From Phyllosticta citribraziliensis (taxonomy: Eukaryota), in contig NW_027117339.1 in the NCBI RefSeq assembly GCF_038025025.1, positions 1,302,001 to 1,366,000 on the forward strand: 64,000 bases of DNA, in the 5' to 3' direction. Position numbers and translations under genes: made by a program. The notes beneath the pieces were generated by a model, which was given only the letters and a program-made list of their open reading frames with translations, had not been told where the DNA came from and made no database searches. Shown here one piece after another: positions 1-10,797 of the stretch (its first letter is position 1; every line of letters starts with the position of its first letter).

Positions 1-301
1 CTCTATCCTTCATCCTCAGCTTGGCCTCCAGCAGCTCGATGCTGGTGGTTTGCGTGACGATGCCGTTGAAGAGGAGGCCGTCGGCGTCTGCATGCTGGAC
101 GTGGTGCTTGAGGTCGTCTGCGCTGCCGATGCGCACGTCACCAACCCAGAACCCCAGCCGAGAACGAACGCCAGGCTCGCGAGCGAGAGGCCTGATATAC
201 TGGTGGTGGTTTTGTCGCTGGGACATGCTGGTAGAGGTTTCTGGCGTGCTGGATGCCGACTGCACACTTCCAGACTTCGTGATCTGGTCCATGGAGCTCA
301 T
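1..301 (-). CDS. Hypothetical protein, N-terminal part; runs off the left edge of the window
   Basis: ATG at 301 in AACAATG context. Open for 100 codons to the window edge (MSSMDQITKSGSVQ...RLGFWVGDVRIGSADDLKHHVQHADADGLLFNGIVTQTTSIELLEAKLRMKDR). Absent from the ORF track because no stop lies in the window. No family recognised. Confidence 0.5.
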   Translation of the reverse strand, partial: MSSMDQITKSGSVQSASSTPETSTSMSQRQNHHQYIRPLAREPGVRSRLGFWVGDVRIGSADDLKHHVQHADADGLLFNGIVTQTTSIELLEAKLRMKDR

Positions 302-3300
302 TGTTTATACGTAGCTGGTTGGAAAGAAATTGAACGGGAGAAGGGAGAGAATGACAGAACTTTTGCCGGGTGTAAGGGTCAAAGGTTGCGGTTGAGACTT
401 GATCGAGTCGACTCGGTTGCGGTGCTTGGTTGCGACGGCGGTGGTGGTGGAAAGCTGTGACAGGGTCGACGGACTTCGAAAATCAATACCACTGTGCGCG
501 TCGAGATTTTCCAGCCTAGCAGCCAGAAGGAAGGCGCAACCACTAAGCAGAGAAAATTTCAAGCCTTTGACAAAAACATGACAGCTCCGACTTTGAAATG
601 TTAATTTCGCAATGTATACACCTGATAGGGGACTCGTGATGACTATCCACTGCTCCTAATCATGATTCGCCACGAGGAAACAGCTGGGAATTTTCTCGCA
701 GGCAAGCTTCAGCGCATCGCTCTATAAGCGAGAGAATGAGTTCAACGCGAGAGCCTTGCTGTTATTCTAGCTATGGTGACCATCTTTTACAGGAGAGTCA
801 GCGGGAGTGTTCATCCTCAGCAGGAGGTTCAAACTTACAATCCCAATTCTTTCCTTGGCCACAGAGGTAGAAACCTCCTGGCCTCCCGGTCCCGCTTCTA
901 CTTTGAAACTTGATATCGATGTCCGACCCTCAACGCCTTCCAGCTTGCAGCTTTGGGTTCTTGATCGGCAACCTCAGGTGTGGTACATCGCGTCTCCAAT
1001 AACACTCGGGGCTGGTGACACAGCCATCATTGTCAAGGGCCATCTCTCCGACAAGATAAAAGGTATGAATGGCGCAAGGCTCTGCGCGGGAAAACACTTC
1101 TCTGCCCAAGAACATGATAAACGAACTGCTTCCCATTTTCAGATTAAATGATGGCGGAAAAAAGGGCTTCCCATGGAAGGCTTCCTCGTTTCCAGACTGC
1201 TTTTTCCAAGACTCAAGCGAGAAAGATGACGATTCATCATTTGCCAAATCTACAGTGCCTCGCTGTAAAGATTTGGCCTCAGCAGCGGATGGCACCTGGT
1301 ATTATACCTACCTTTCCTACAGGTTGCCGCAAGCAATTGCCTTTGCGACCAGCTTGCCACGAGAGCAATCTGGATCCAAGCCGACAATCGGCGTATGGCA
1401 ACGCGAACTGTTTCCAGCCGCCACACGAGACGAGATTGCTACGAAAGAAAGAACGAACCAGCCAGCTCGCATGGCAACGAGACAATGGCATGTGCGACGG
1501 AATCGGTAAAGACAGGCTCGACGAAAAAAGTCTTGAGATGCGAGTTGACCAAGCAAAAGAGCAGCAAGGCGCTGGCAAAGAGGCATGCTTGCGTTCATGA
1601 CTGGCTGGTCAGTTGAGGGAGGTACAGTGGAAACTAGACTTGGGCTTCGAGCGATAAGGCCGCATGCGAAGAGAAAGCGACGACAGCGAGGGAGAGGAAA
1701 GACGTTACGAAAAAGAAACCTCGCATCCTACTAGAGACAGCAGCAGAGCCACCACCATCGATGCAGCCGCCTGTCTCAGATGGCGAAGAAATTCAGCCAC
1801 CGCAAGCGCGTGGGAGATCGGCTGGCTGGATTACCGCACTGGCTGCCGGGAAAAGCCATTCTCACAGGGCTAGTCAAGCCAGCAAAACAAACAAGAACGA
1901 CAGCCAGCCACCGTGTCTCGCTTCGGCAAGGGCAGACAAGACAGTGTCTAGGCAATGCTACCACTTTTTCAGCGCATTTTCTGATGCCAATACAGCAAGT
2001 GCCCGCGGTTTTCCCCCTCCTCTTTCTCTCGAATGATGGACGTCAAGCGCCGCGATATTTCCTACAAGAGTGATGATGAGCAACGGATGGCGATTGCAAT
2101 TTAGTGCGAGGTAAGAGGGAATTCAGGGACATGCGGTCGTAAAGATGGCGCTGCTGCAGAAAAAAGACGCACGATGCGGTTGCCCGTGGTGTTGAGTCTA
2201 AAGAGTGGGATAGATGAGGGGTCGAAAGCGCCAACCGAGAAAACATACGCAGCAGGCGGTGACAACGACAACAAGCACAACGCGTGGCGGACATGATGAC
2301 TGCTTTGTCTCCGGAATCGTTCGAGATTGATGCAAGGCTTGAGATGAGGACGTGGGATTTGTTTGTTACCTCTATTTTCCCAGTGTACAACGCACACAGC
2401 AGCGCCGACGGGTGTCGACATTGTATGGCATGGCACAGCATACTGTGATGGAGCACTGTGGGGAACAGAGAGCCGGCCTCGCCACGCGCTGCACTGCAGA
2501 GAGGCTGGTGGACGGAGATGAGGGCGGCTAGATGCGACGAGCAGTACATGGTACAGATGTACCTTGGATACGAGTGGGCGGCGATTGCTGCGGGGCGTAT
2601 CATGAAGGAACGGCGCTCGAGGAAGTACAGTAGAATCATGACGTATGAACAGGTCGAAAGGGAAGGCGATGGAGAGAATTCGCGTCCCCAACCTCTTGCT
2701 GTTGCGGTGGTTGGTTGGTCTAGGCCTTGCGCAAGATACAGCATCGCTGGCCTCAGATCTGAACCGTGGAGACGGCACAAAGAGATAACATGGTGGTGGC
2801 GGCGAGCAGGCAGGCAGGCAGGCCCTGTGCCGTGACGTGTGGATACATGGGCACAGCAACAGGCTAGGCAAAGGATTTGCTGCTGCATGTAGACAGCGGA
2901 GCGGGTCCAAAGATGACCCGCATCCACCCCACGCGCAGCAGGGGCGGCGGATAACCGGAGCGCGCGCGCGTCTTTGAAGTCGCTGAAAGCGCATTGGGAA
3001 GCGCAAAAGTATATTATTTCGGGATGCTTGGCGGGGGTTGCTCGCGAAGTCGGCTGCAACATGGGAAACATGTACAGCCAGTTTCAATTTCATGAGCGTC
3101 CTCGGCTAAGTCTGACAGGGCCAATGAGAGCTGCAATTGACCATGGTACAGCGCATGCCTTGCTGCAACAAGCCGTGTTGTACAGCTGTTTGTAGATGTG
3201 GTGTCAGCGGTTACGTGGATGTCGAGGGCGTGGATGCAGGCAGGGTTCCGGTCGCCCGCCGTCTACCCTCGGCCATGTCGTCAAAGGTGGGCTGTGGCGT

Positions 3301-6264
3301 CAGAGACGACAGAATCCAGGTTCTGAAGAAGTCTCGTACGACCGGCCATGGGCTGCGGTGGAAGCTCATCTCAGCGCGGTGCAGGGCCTTTGCAGCGCCG
3401 CATCTGGCTATCGATTGGCCCCCATCGAGTGCGACTTGGCGCCGATGAGGATGCAGTTTGGGCATGGTCACCAAGTGTGCGGCTCATTGTTGCAATAGCG
3501 GCCAGTTCCAATGCCAGAGTCAGTCGAAAGGTAAAGCCGGGCGGTGAGGGAGGCTTCGACTCAGGAACAAAGAAAGCGTCGAAGCTTCAATGGAAACTCT
3601 GCCGTACCCGGACAGAGGTGAAACTTAGCTTGCCAAGCCGCGGCGCGACGCTTCCAGCTACGCGGACGAGCACTGCAAGCGGCACGAGGCGGGGTAAGAA
3701 AAAAAAAAAAAGCCTCCCTCCCTTGCAGTGTTACCTAAGAAAACTCCAGCAGTGAGGGAAATTTGGGCAAAAACGGATCCGTTTCCAACACCAGTCGCAG
3801 CGTCTCACTCCGGCCTCGACAAAGTCTGGGCCAACCGGTGAAAGCACCTCACCCGAGGTTGTGATTGCTCACGGCGCCTCGCGGGTTGACGGGACGGGAC
3901 GGGGGCCCTGTCTGATTCGCTGCTCTGTCTGCGAAACGGCATGGAGTATTGCCGTAAAAGGCCCTAGGTGCGGACGCTTCCAGTGATCCAGTCCTCAAAG
4001 ACCACATTTTGACAGGCCAACTGCTCCTCCACCTCCTGCGTCCCCGCCGATAAGCGCATCTTTTCTGGTGACGAGTAGACTTCACATGGAGAGGGATACC
4101 TGTGTAGACTCAGGTCCTCCGCGGAGGGACGCGAAGACAGGGAGGTGGCTGATAGACGCGTGTCGGTCAACCATGTCTTGATCTGAGGATGTCAGCGGCG
4201 GAGAGTGAAGTAAAATCGCGTCCCCTGTGAGGCTGGCCTTTCGTAAACAGATCATCCCTGGAGACGGACGGGGAATGTAGGGGTACAGCATGTCTTGCGC
4301 AGGCCAACGGACATTCCTGATTGGCAATAGTGCCGCCGTACGTCGAGAAGGTTTGCCCCAGACCATCTCGTGGTGAATCGCTTCCAACAACGGCAGTCCG
4401 AGCGCGGAAAGTAGGGGCAGCGTAGGTAGCAAAGGGGTAGAGTAGCCCATGCCTCGTCGGCAGCGAAGGCGGAATGGGTGCAAAGCAAGTCTGGAGCCAT
4501 GGTATGGCATGAGGGCAAATTGGCGCTCTCGTCTCTCCAAATTGAATGGTCGGTGCTAGCGACGAGGATGCTGAGGTGGAGCAGCATGGCCACAGGACCC
4601 CGGGCCGACCCCGCCCGCTGCCGTCGAACGGTCGACGATAAAGGCTGTGGGTGCGTGGGCGGTGTTTGTGTCGATTACCCCGGCCAATGCCAATGGTACG
4701 CTCTTGAAGCTTATGTGCATCGCGCTTCGAGGCGTGAGAGGCTTGCATGGCGTGGGGATGAGCTCTTGGGCAGTCTTGATTCCGTAAGATGGACCGGCCA
4801 AAGGCACTTGGCCTAGGGTCTGGAGCCATGCATCATGGCGCCAGCAGATCGAGGGTGACGTTTGTCTGTGAGAGGCCAAGACGGTTGATCTGCCAAACAT
4901 TCGATATCCACCCTTCGATCCAGAGCTTTCAAGGTGGTGATGCTCCCGGAGGCTCAGGAGAGCCGCGACCCCGATCCGGCATGGCGGATCCAACCAAGTG
5001 GAAGAACGGCATGGCGGCAGGGCGGACGGGACATCGGGGCATGCCGGGCATCGAGGACGAGAAGCTCGGCCATGGCACGCAAGTACCTATACATGTCGAT
5101 GAGCAGCAGAGATTTGGAAATGGAGAAAAATTTGCTTCGACGGGCAAGAAGAAAGAATTGAAAGGAAATTGAGGGGAGCACCCGTACACCGAGACGATGA
5201 TTGCGAGGGGCGACGTTTGCGGACTCGGGCCCATTGACGCGCTAAAAGAGAGTAGGAGGCACAATGGCATTGAAGCAGCAAGACGAGGCACAAGAAAGAG
5301 GGACGGCAAGGATTAGCGGGGCAACCAAGAGGGCAGGCGAAACCCCTTGGTTCCGTTCCTGAGGCACAGCACAGCAAAAGAGGGTCCAAGTGGTTTGAGG
5401 GTGCTGAGGTCTGATGTAGGCGCAAGGATGGGTTGGCGAGCGCCACAGGGGGGGGCGGGGAGAGCGAGGAGGGTCGGGGAACGTGCTCCCGGTCGCCGCA
5501 AGAGAATGGTCGCGGTAGCGGTGGCGACGGGCGGTGCCAGTCAGCACTTTTTTGAAGTTGAGGCAGACGGGGTGTTGGAAACGGTTGCCATTGGACAGCA
5601 ACCCCAGACCAAACCCCGCATCCGAACGCAGTCAAGACAAAGCCAAAACGCCAACTGGTAGGATTCCTGCGATGCATGCAGCGGTCAAAGGCCGACGATG
5701 CCTGTCGCCATGGACGTGGGAGGCCATTGTGCTTTGTGTTTGTGCTGCGGGTACCGTAGGCTTCGCGGAGACATTTTGAACACCATCGGGGGCGACCGGA
5801 CGGGCGAGTCGCAGAGTTTGCGCGGCGGCGACAGGGCTGAGCGAGGCGCCGCGACATTCTCTAGCTCGGCGCACCGGCGCTCAAACGGGGAGGCCGTTTG
5901 ATGCGTAGAGCTGCATGCGGGCGACACCAAGGATGCGACCGACGCGGTCTTATCGTGTGTGCGCGCGCTGCACGAGAGCGGAGGGAGGGAGGGAGGGAGG
6001 GAGGACCGGGGGGCCGGTGACCACGGCAGGCAGTAGAGCACAGTAGAAGATGAGGTTTGGCGTTCCCTTGCAGCAGCCGGCGGGAGCGCAGCGAGATGAT
6101 GGGCGATGAGGTCGAGGCAGCGGAGTGGAGTGGTTGCAGGCCAGTCGAGAGCGGTGGGCTTTGGGTTCCACCTCCAGCAGGCGCAGGCGCAGACGCAGAC
6201 GCAGGCGGTGAAGCACAAGAGGCGCGACCTGACGCGGGGCAGGGCAGGGGCCATGCAGCCAGCC

Positions 6265-6298
6265 CAGGGCAGGGCAGGGCAGGGCAGGGCAGGGCAGG
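6265..6298. repeat. (CAGGG)6 microsatellite
   Basis: Read directly from the sequence. Confidence 0.95.
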
Positions 6299-6317
6299 CC
6301 GTCGTTCCCGTCCTTTC

Positions 6318-6341
6318 TTGGGGTTGGGGTTGGGGTTGGGG
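6318..6341. repeat. (TTGGGG)4 microsatellite
   Basis: Read directly from the sequence. Confidence 0.95.
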
Positions 6342-6560
6342 TTGGAGCTGGAGTGCGGGAAAACAGTGTGGGATGGAGTGGGTGAAAGCCATGGCCACAG
6401 TCTTTCTTCATCCCCAGTTTACGACATTTGGATCTCCGTGATCCTCATCGCGTCAGGTCGTCGACCGGCAACGGACCAACGGCAACGGTGGCCACGGCGA
6501 TCCTCGTTCGCTAGATTCGACCTGAGCGCGCGGAGGACAGAAAAAAAGCCCAGACCCTAC

Positions 6561-6605
6561 TACCCTACCCTACCCTACCCTACCCTACCCTACCCTACCC
6601 TACCC
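6561..6605. repeat. (TACCC)9 microsatellite
   Basis: Read directly from the sequence. Confidence 0.95.
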
Positions 6606-7177
6606 TTCCGTTCGTTCCCTACGCCTGCCTGCGTGCCGCCTCCACTCTTCTCATCGCTCTGGCTCCAGTCCTGCCCTGTCCTGTCCTGGCCAATTGCCCT
6701 CTCCGCGTTCCGCAATTATCAACCGACGGGGTACTTACATAGTACCTGACCTACCTCCTCCCGGCGTCTCGTCTCGTCTCAATCCTCTCATCACCCTCCA
6801 TTGCCCTCCGCTCCCCTCTTCCCCGCATTGCGCGCCGCCGGGCAACCCCTTCTCACTCCCGCCCGCTCCCAGACGACTCGCCCTCGACCACGGTCCAGTG
6901 CCTAAGCTAAATCCTTGCCTTATCATCTCACCTACTTCTGCCACGCCCAATCCGGCCTTTGCTATAACTCCCGTCATCGTCCATCCTCCCTCGCAACTAG
7001 CCTCCGCCGTCGTCCCGGTCAACATTCCTCTGCCTCTCCAACTCCCCCTCCCAAGCCTCTTCCGGCTTGCACCGCTCCACCGCTGCAAGACGTTCATGTG
7101 GGGTACTCGCTGCTCATAACATCCCACGAGACTCTGCGGTTGCGTGAGACGTGCCAGAACAGACTCCCTCGACCACC

Positions 7178-8984
7178 ATGGCCCAAGTCCTCCCCGTCCA
7201 TGTCTCGGACGGTCAGTCTTACTTCTCGCCATCGCCTCTTCGTCGCTCGCCCGCCTCGCAAACACCTTTTCTCGTCCCTTCGTACTCTGGCCGGACATGT
7301 CCACCTGTCGCCGGCCCTTCCGAGTACACGACACCCCCAATCGCTCCTTCGTCGTCGCCTGTCGACCGCCAAGATCCGCCGCCTCTTCAATACCACTACA
7401 ATGCAAACGCATGCCGCATTCTGGACCGTCCTTCTCAGGACTCCATCGCCGACGAGGACCAAGACGACGGCCTGTCCTTTCCTGCCTACGACGACGACAT
7501 CTCGCCGATGGACCGCCGGAATCCGTTTGAGCAACAAGGGACCGACCAAAAGACCAAGGCCCAAACTTCCAGCGACCCCGCCACATGTCGCACAGACTCG
7601 GTTGTGTCCAACACCTCGACGCCTGAGCCACTGCCCAATGCCGAGGACGACACGGCAATAAAACCGGAACCCACCCGGCACGTCGACTATCTTTCTCACG
7701 AGTGGCGAGAAGAGGACATATGGTCCTCTTGGCGACACATCACCAGCAACCGCAAAACGTACGGTGAAAGGTCACGTTTGGAGAATGCGTCGTGGAGAAC
7801 GTGGGCAAAAGCCAAGTACCGCTTACGCACGGTTTCGCCCGAGACGCTCAACTGGTCAGTTTCGATTCGGTCAGCTGACGAATTATCACGCCGCCGTCAC
7901 GCCGCCCACGCGTTTTCTTCGGATCCGATGCTGATTGAAATATAGGCTCAAGGACTGTGATGTGACTTGGCTATACGGTCCATTGCAAACTGCATCTTGC
8001 AGTCCGCTATCCCATCCCGTGTCCGAGGCCAACAGTCGACTTTCCAAGAACAATTCCTTCATCAACAAGAAGCCGATTCTCAAAAAGCGAAGCATGTCCG
8101 AGGTCATGCTCCAGCGATCAATATCAAACTCGTCGCTGCTGAAGCAAGCTGCTTCGGCGGTTCAGGCCCAACAGTGTGGCGCACCTCTCCTCCGCGCACA
8201 TGAGAGGCCTTCATACGTTCGTGCCAATTCCGATTTTGTCTCGTCGACGCCGTCAAAAAGTACAAGTCGAGACGCCACCGACTACTCCACCTCCCGGTCC
8301 ACCTCAGGCCTCCACACACCAGGCGACTGTGAGAGAAAACACATCAGGTTTGACGACAAGGTCGAGCAGTGCATTGCCGTTGATTGCAAAGAAGGGGACG
8401 ATTACGACGAAGAAGCGTGGAGAGAACAGGACGGCGAAGACTCGTCAGACGAGGGTTTGGAGATGAAGACGAAGCCAAGAAGGTTATCGCGGAACAATTC
8501 CCGAACAGGAAGCTTTGGACCGGAAAACAAGACGATAGCTAAGCTGCCTGATACCACGCTCAAGTACCGCGACTCGCCCGAGGTTCCTGATCAGCCCGTC
8601 GCACACTCGTTAGGTTTCTGGAGGTCAAGCCGCCTGTCTCCATCGTCGTCGCAAGAAACCATCCGACCAACTCAGGCAGCAAACAACTTTCTTCTGGGCG
8701 ACGACGACGACGACGACGACGATGACATGTCGTGGGAGCCTTCCAACGCATTTGTTAGCCGGCGCGACAGCGTAGCCGTGACTCATGATAGGCTTTCACG
8801 GCCCGAAGATGATGAGGGCGAAGGCAGCAGCGGACTTCGGCGGACGCCATCTGGAATGTTTATGCCGTACGTGGAAGATGAGGACGACATTGTGGCCGCG
8901 GGACTGTTCGGCAAAGTTGTCGACACTGTCAACACGGCCAAGGACATTGCCCATGTCATCTGGAATGTCGGATGGCGCAGCTGA
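7178..8984 (+). CDS. REG1: Protein phosphatase 1 regulatory subunit Reg1 (resistance to glucose repression protein 1)
   Basis: Exons 7178-7854 and 7946-8984; intron GTCAGT...TATAG. The spliced protein has the DUF1752-type block HVDYLSHEWREEDIWSSWR...RLENASWRTWAK...VSPETLNW|LKDCDVTWLYGP, then KPILKKRSMSE, an RVxF PP1-docking motif (KHIRF) and the C-terminal VDTVNTAKDIAHVIWNVGW. Confidence 0.88.
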
Positions 8985-9985
8985 CAGACATGATTTTTTT
9001 TGTTCTTTTCTTGTTATTTCACATTACGAGTCGGAAGCAATTTCACTAACAGCATTGGGCCCGGATCAACGGTGTTACACGGATTAATACTCGGTTTTCC
9101 TTGCAAGGGGAAAACTCATACGGGACGGGGCAAGGAGAACTGGGAGATTTGGGGACCCGGAGCAATCGAGAGAGTACTGCGCATTTCCCTTCGTCTCTGG
9201 GGCTGAACAACACATCTGGCATCGGTCCGCAGTGCTACTGCTGATGAGACGACTCGGGGGAGACGGGAGGCTGGAGCGGCGCCAACGACGTCTGTAATCT
9301 ACCAACGAAATCCGGTCGATCCGATGCGGTTTTCTACATGGCTGTTACGCGCGTTGGGCGGTTTGGCTGGTGCTTTCGAGCCGGTCGCTGCGGTTTTGGT
9401 GTGGCAGGAGGCGCAGCTACTGGCCTTGCCATTTTGGGCGGTGAGACCTCATGGGCCAACTGAGGTAGAAATCTCACCCCCCGCCTTGTGTTTCTAGCTT
9501 GGACAAAAAGGAGTGAAGCGCGTATCTAGTACAGGAGAAGTCACGGTAGCTAGTTGCATAAATGTATGTTAGGAGTCGACGTAGACGACGCATTTTTAAC
9601 CATCAACCACTTAGAAAAAGGCTTGCTCTCGTTTTGATTTCACAGAGCACACGGACCTACGAAATCACGACAAAAAATTGCACGAGAAATGTGCATGGAG
9701 GGTGGATATGCTGGAGAAGAGGTTGGAAAACCTTGAAACGAACGTTTGCACGACGGTCGCACGGCGGTAGGACTGGACCTCAGGTTGCGTCATGTCGCGG
9801 CGGGGCTGGATCCGCGACTCTGGATGCTCAAGCGGTGACGGCACGGCGGCCATGGCGGTCGAGATGCTGAGAGGTTGAGTGGAGGTGAGGTGGTGGAGCA
9901 AGCACCGGATTCGATCGGCGGCGTTCCCCCCTCGCCCTCGCTCGCGCCCTCGCCCTTGCTTGGAGCACCATGGGGGTTATCAACG

Positions 9986-9986
<1 letters not shown>

Positions 9987-10019
<33 letters not shown>
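9987..10019. repeat. Poly-G homopolymer (33 nt)
   Basis: Read directly. The length may be affected by assembly error. Confidence 0.9.
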
Positions 10020-10020
<1 letters not shown>

Positions 10021-10797
10021 AAGCACGGGGCACGTACGCCATGCGTGGGATATCTGTGCTACGCGGCGCCGTTGAAGTCTTTTTTAAAATTGTTGCCGTT
10101 GCACACACTGCAAACTGGTACAAGGCTTGTGGTCGATTGGCGCGATCGTGAGGACTTGCCTCTCAGGGAACGGCAGAGCTCAGCTTCCTGTGCGAGATGG
10201 CGGGCATGATGACGGCGTCCGTGTAGATTTCATGATCGGCCGTCGATAAAGCTCTCAGGCTGATGGTTCACCCGCAGTAGAGAGTTGCGACTAGGCCCGA
10301 CCAATCCTTGGTCGCTGATTCTGCGCACCATGCATCTCTGGCGCCCTGCCAATACAGCTCTTGGGCTACCGGTGAGCTGAGCTTGACAAGTGCGCTCTGA
10401 TATCAATGCGGCACGGGTGGCTCTGGGTAGATGCACCTGTCTTCCGTCCTATGCTGTTTTGTCTCGTCCTGGCCGTTGGTGTGCGACCGACTTCGAGTGG
10501 TCGGTAGCATCTGATTGTGGATGGGTGGGTGGGTGGATGTGGCTCACCATGGCGTGGTCTGTGTGGCCTGGGGCAAGTCGCGCGCGCGCGTCCCGGTCCC
10601 TGAAGATCATCCCTCCCGACCCCGACCCCGACCCTGACACCGACCCCGATCCGACTCTCAACACCAACCGACGCGCCGACAACGCATCTATCCCAAGAAT
10701 GTTCTGAACCTGCAGCAGCCACACCACCGTCATTCACTAGTAGCAGCAGTCGCAGCAGTAGCCGCCTACATCGCCTCGTCCCCCTGCCTGCGCTACC

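Noticed and set aside
807..1509. Protein-like ORFs 807-1151 and 1069-1509 as a spliced gene
   Set aside because: The obvious donor (GTATGA, 1063) and acceptor (TTTCAG, 1142) join into an immediate stop. No family is recognised and there is no clear start.
6244..6256. GCAGGGGCCATGC, complementary to part of U6 snRNA
   Set aside because: Only 13 nt; the flanking ACAGAGA box and the rest of U6 are absent.
2043..6749. Long ORFs of 220-342 aa on both strands (2043-3071, 2101-3093, 4167-4829, 5087-5857, 5685-6398, 6057-6749)
   Set aside because: Their Arg/Cys/Pro/Ser-rich compositions are typical of GC-rich non-coding DNA and microsatellites; no domain motifs.
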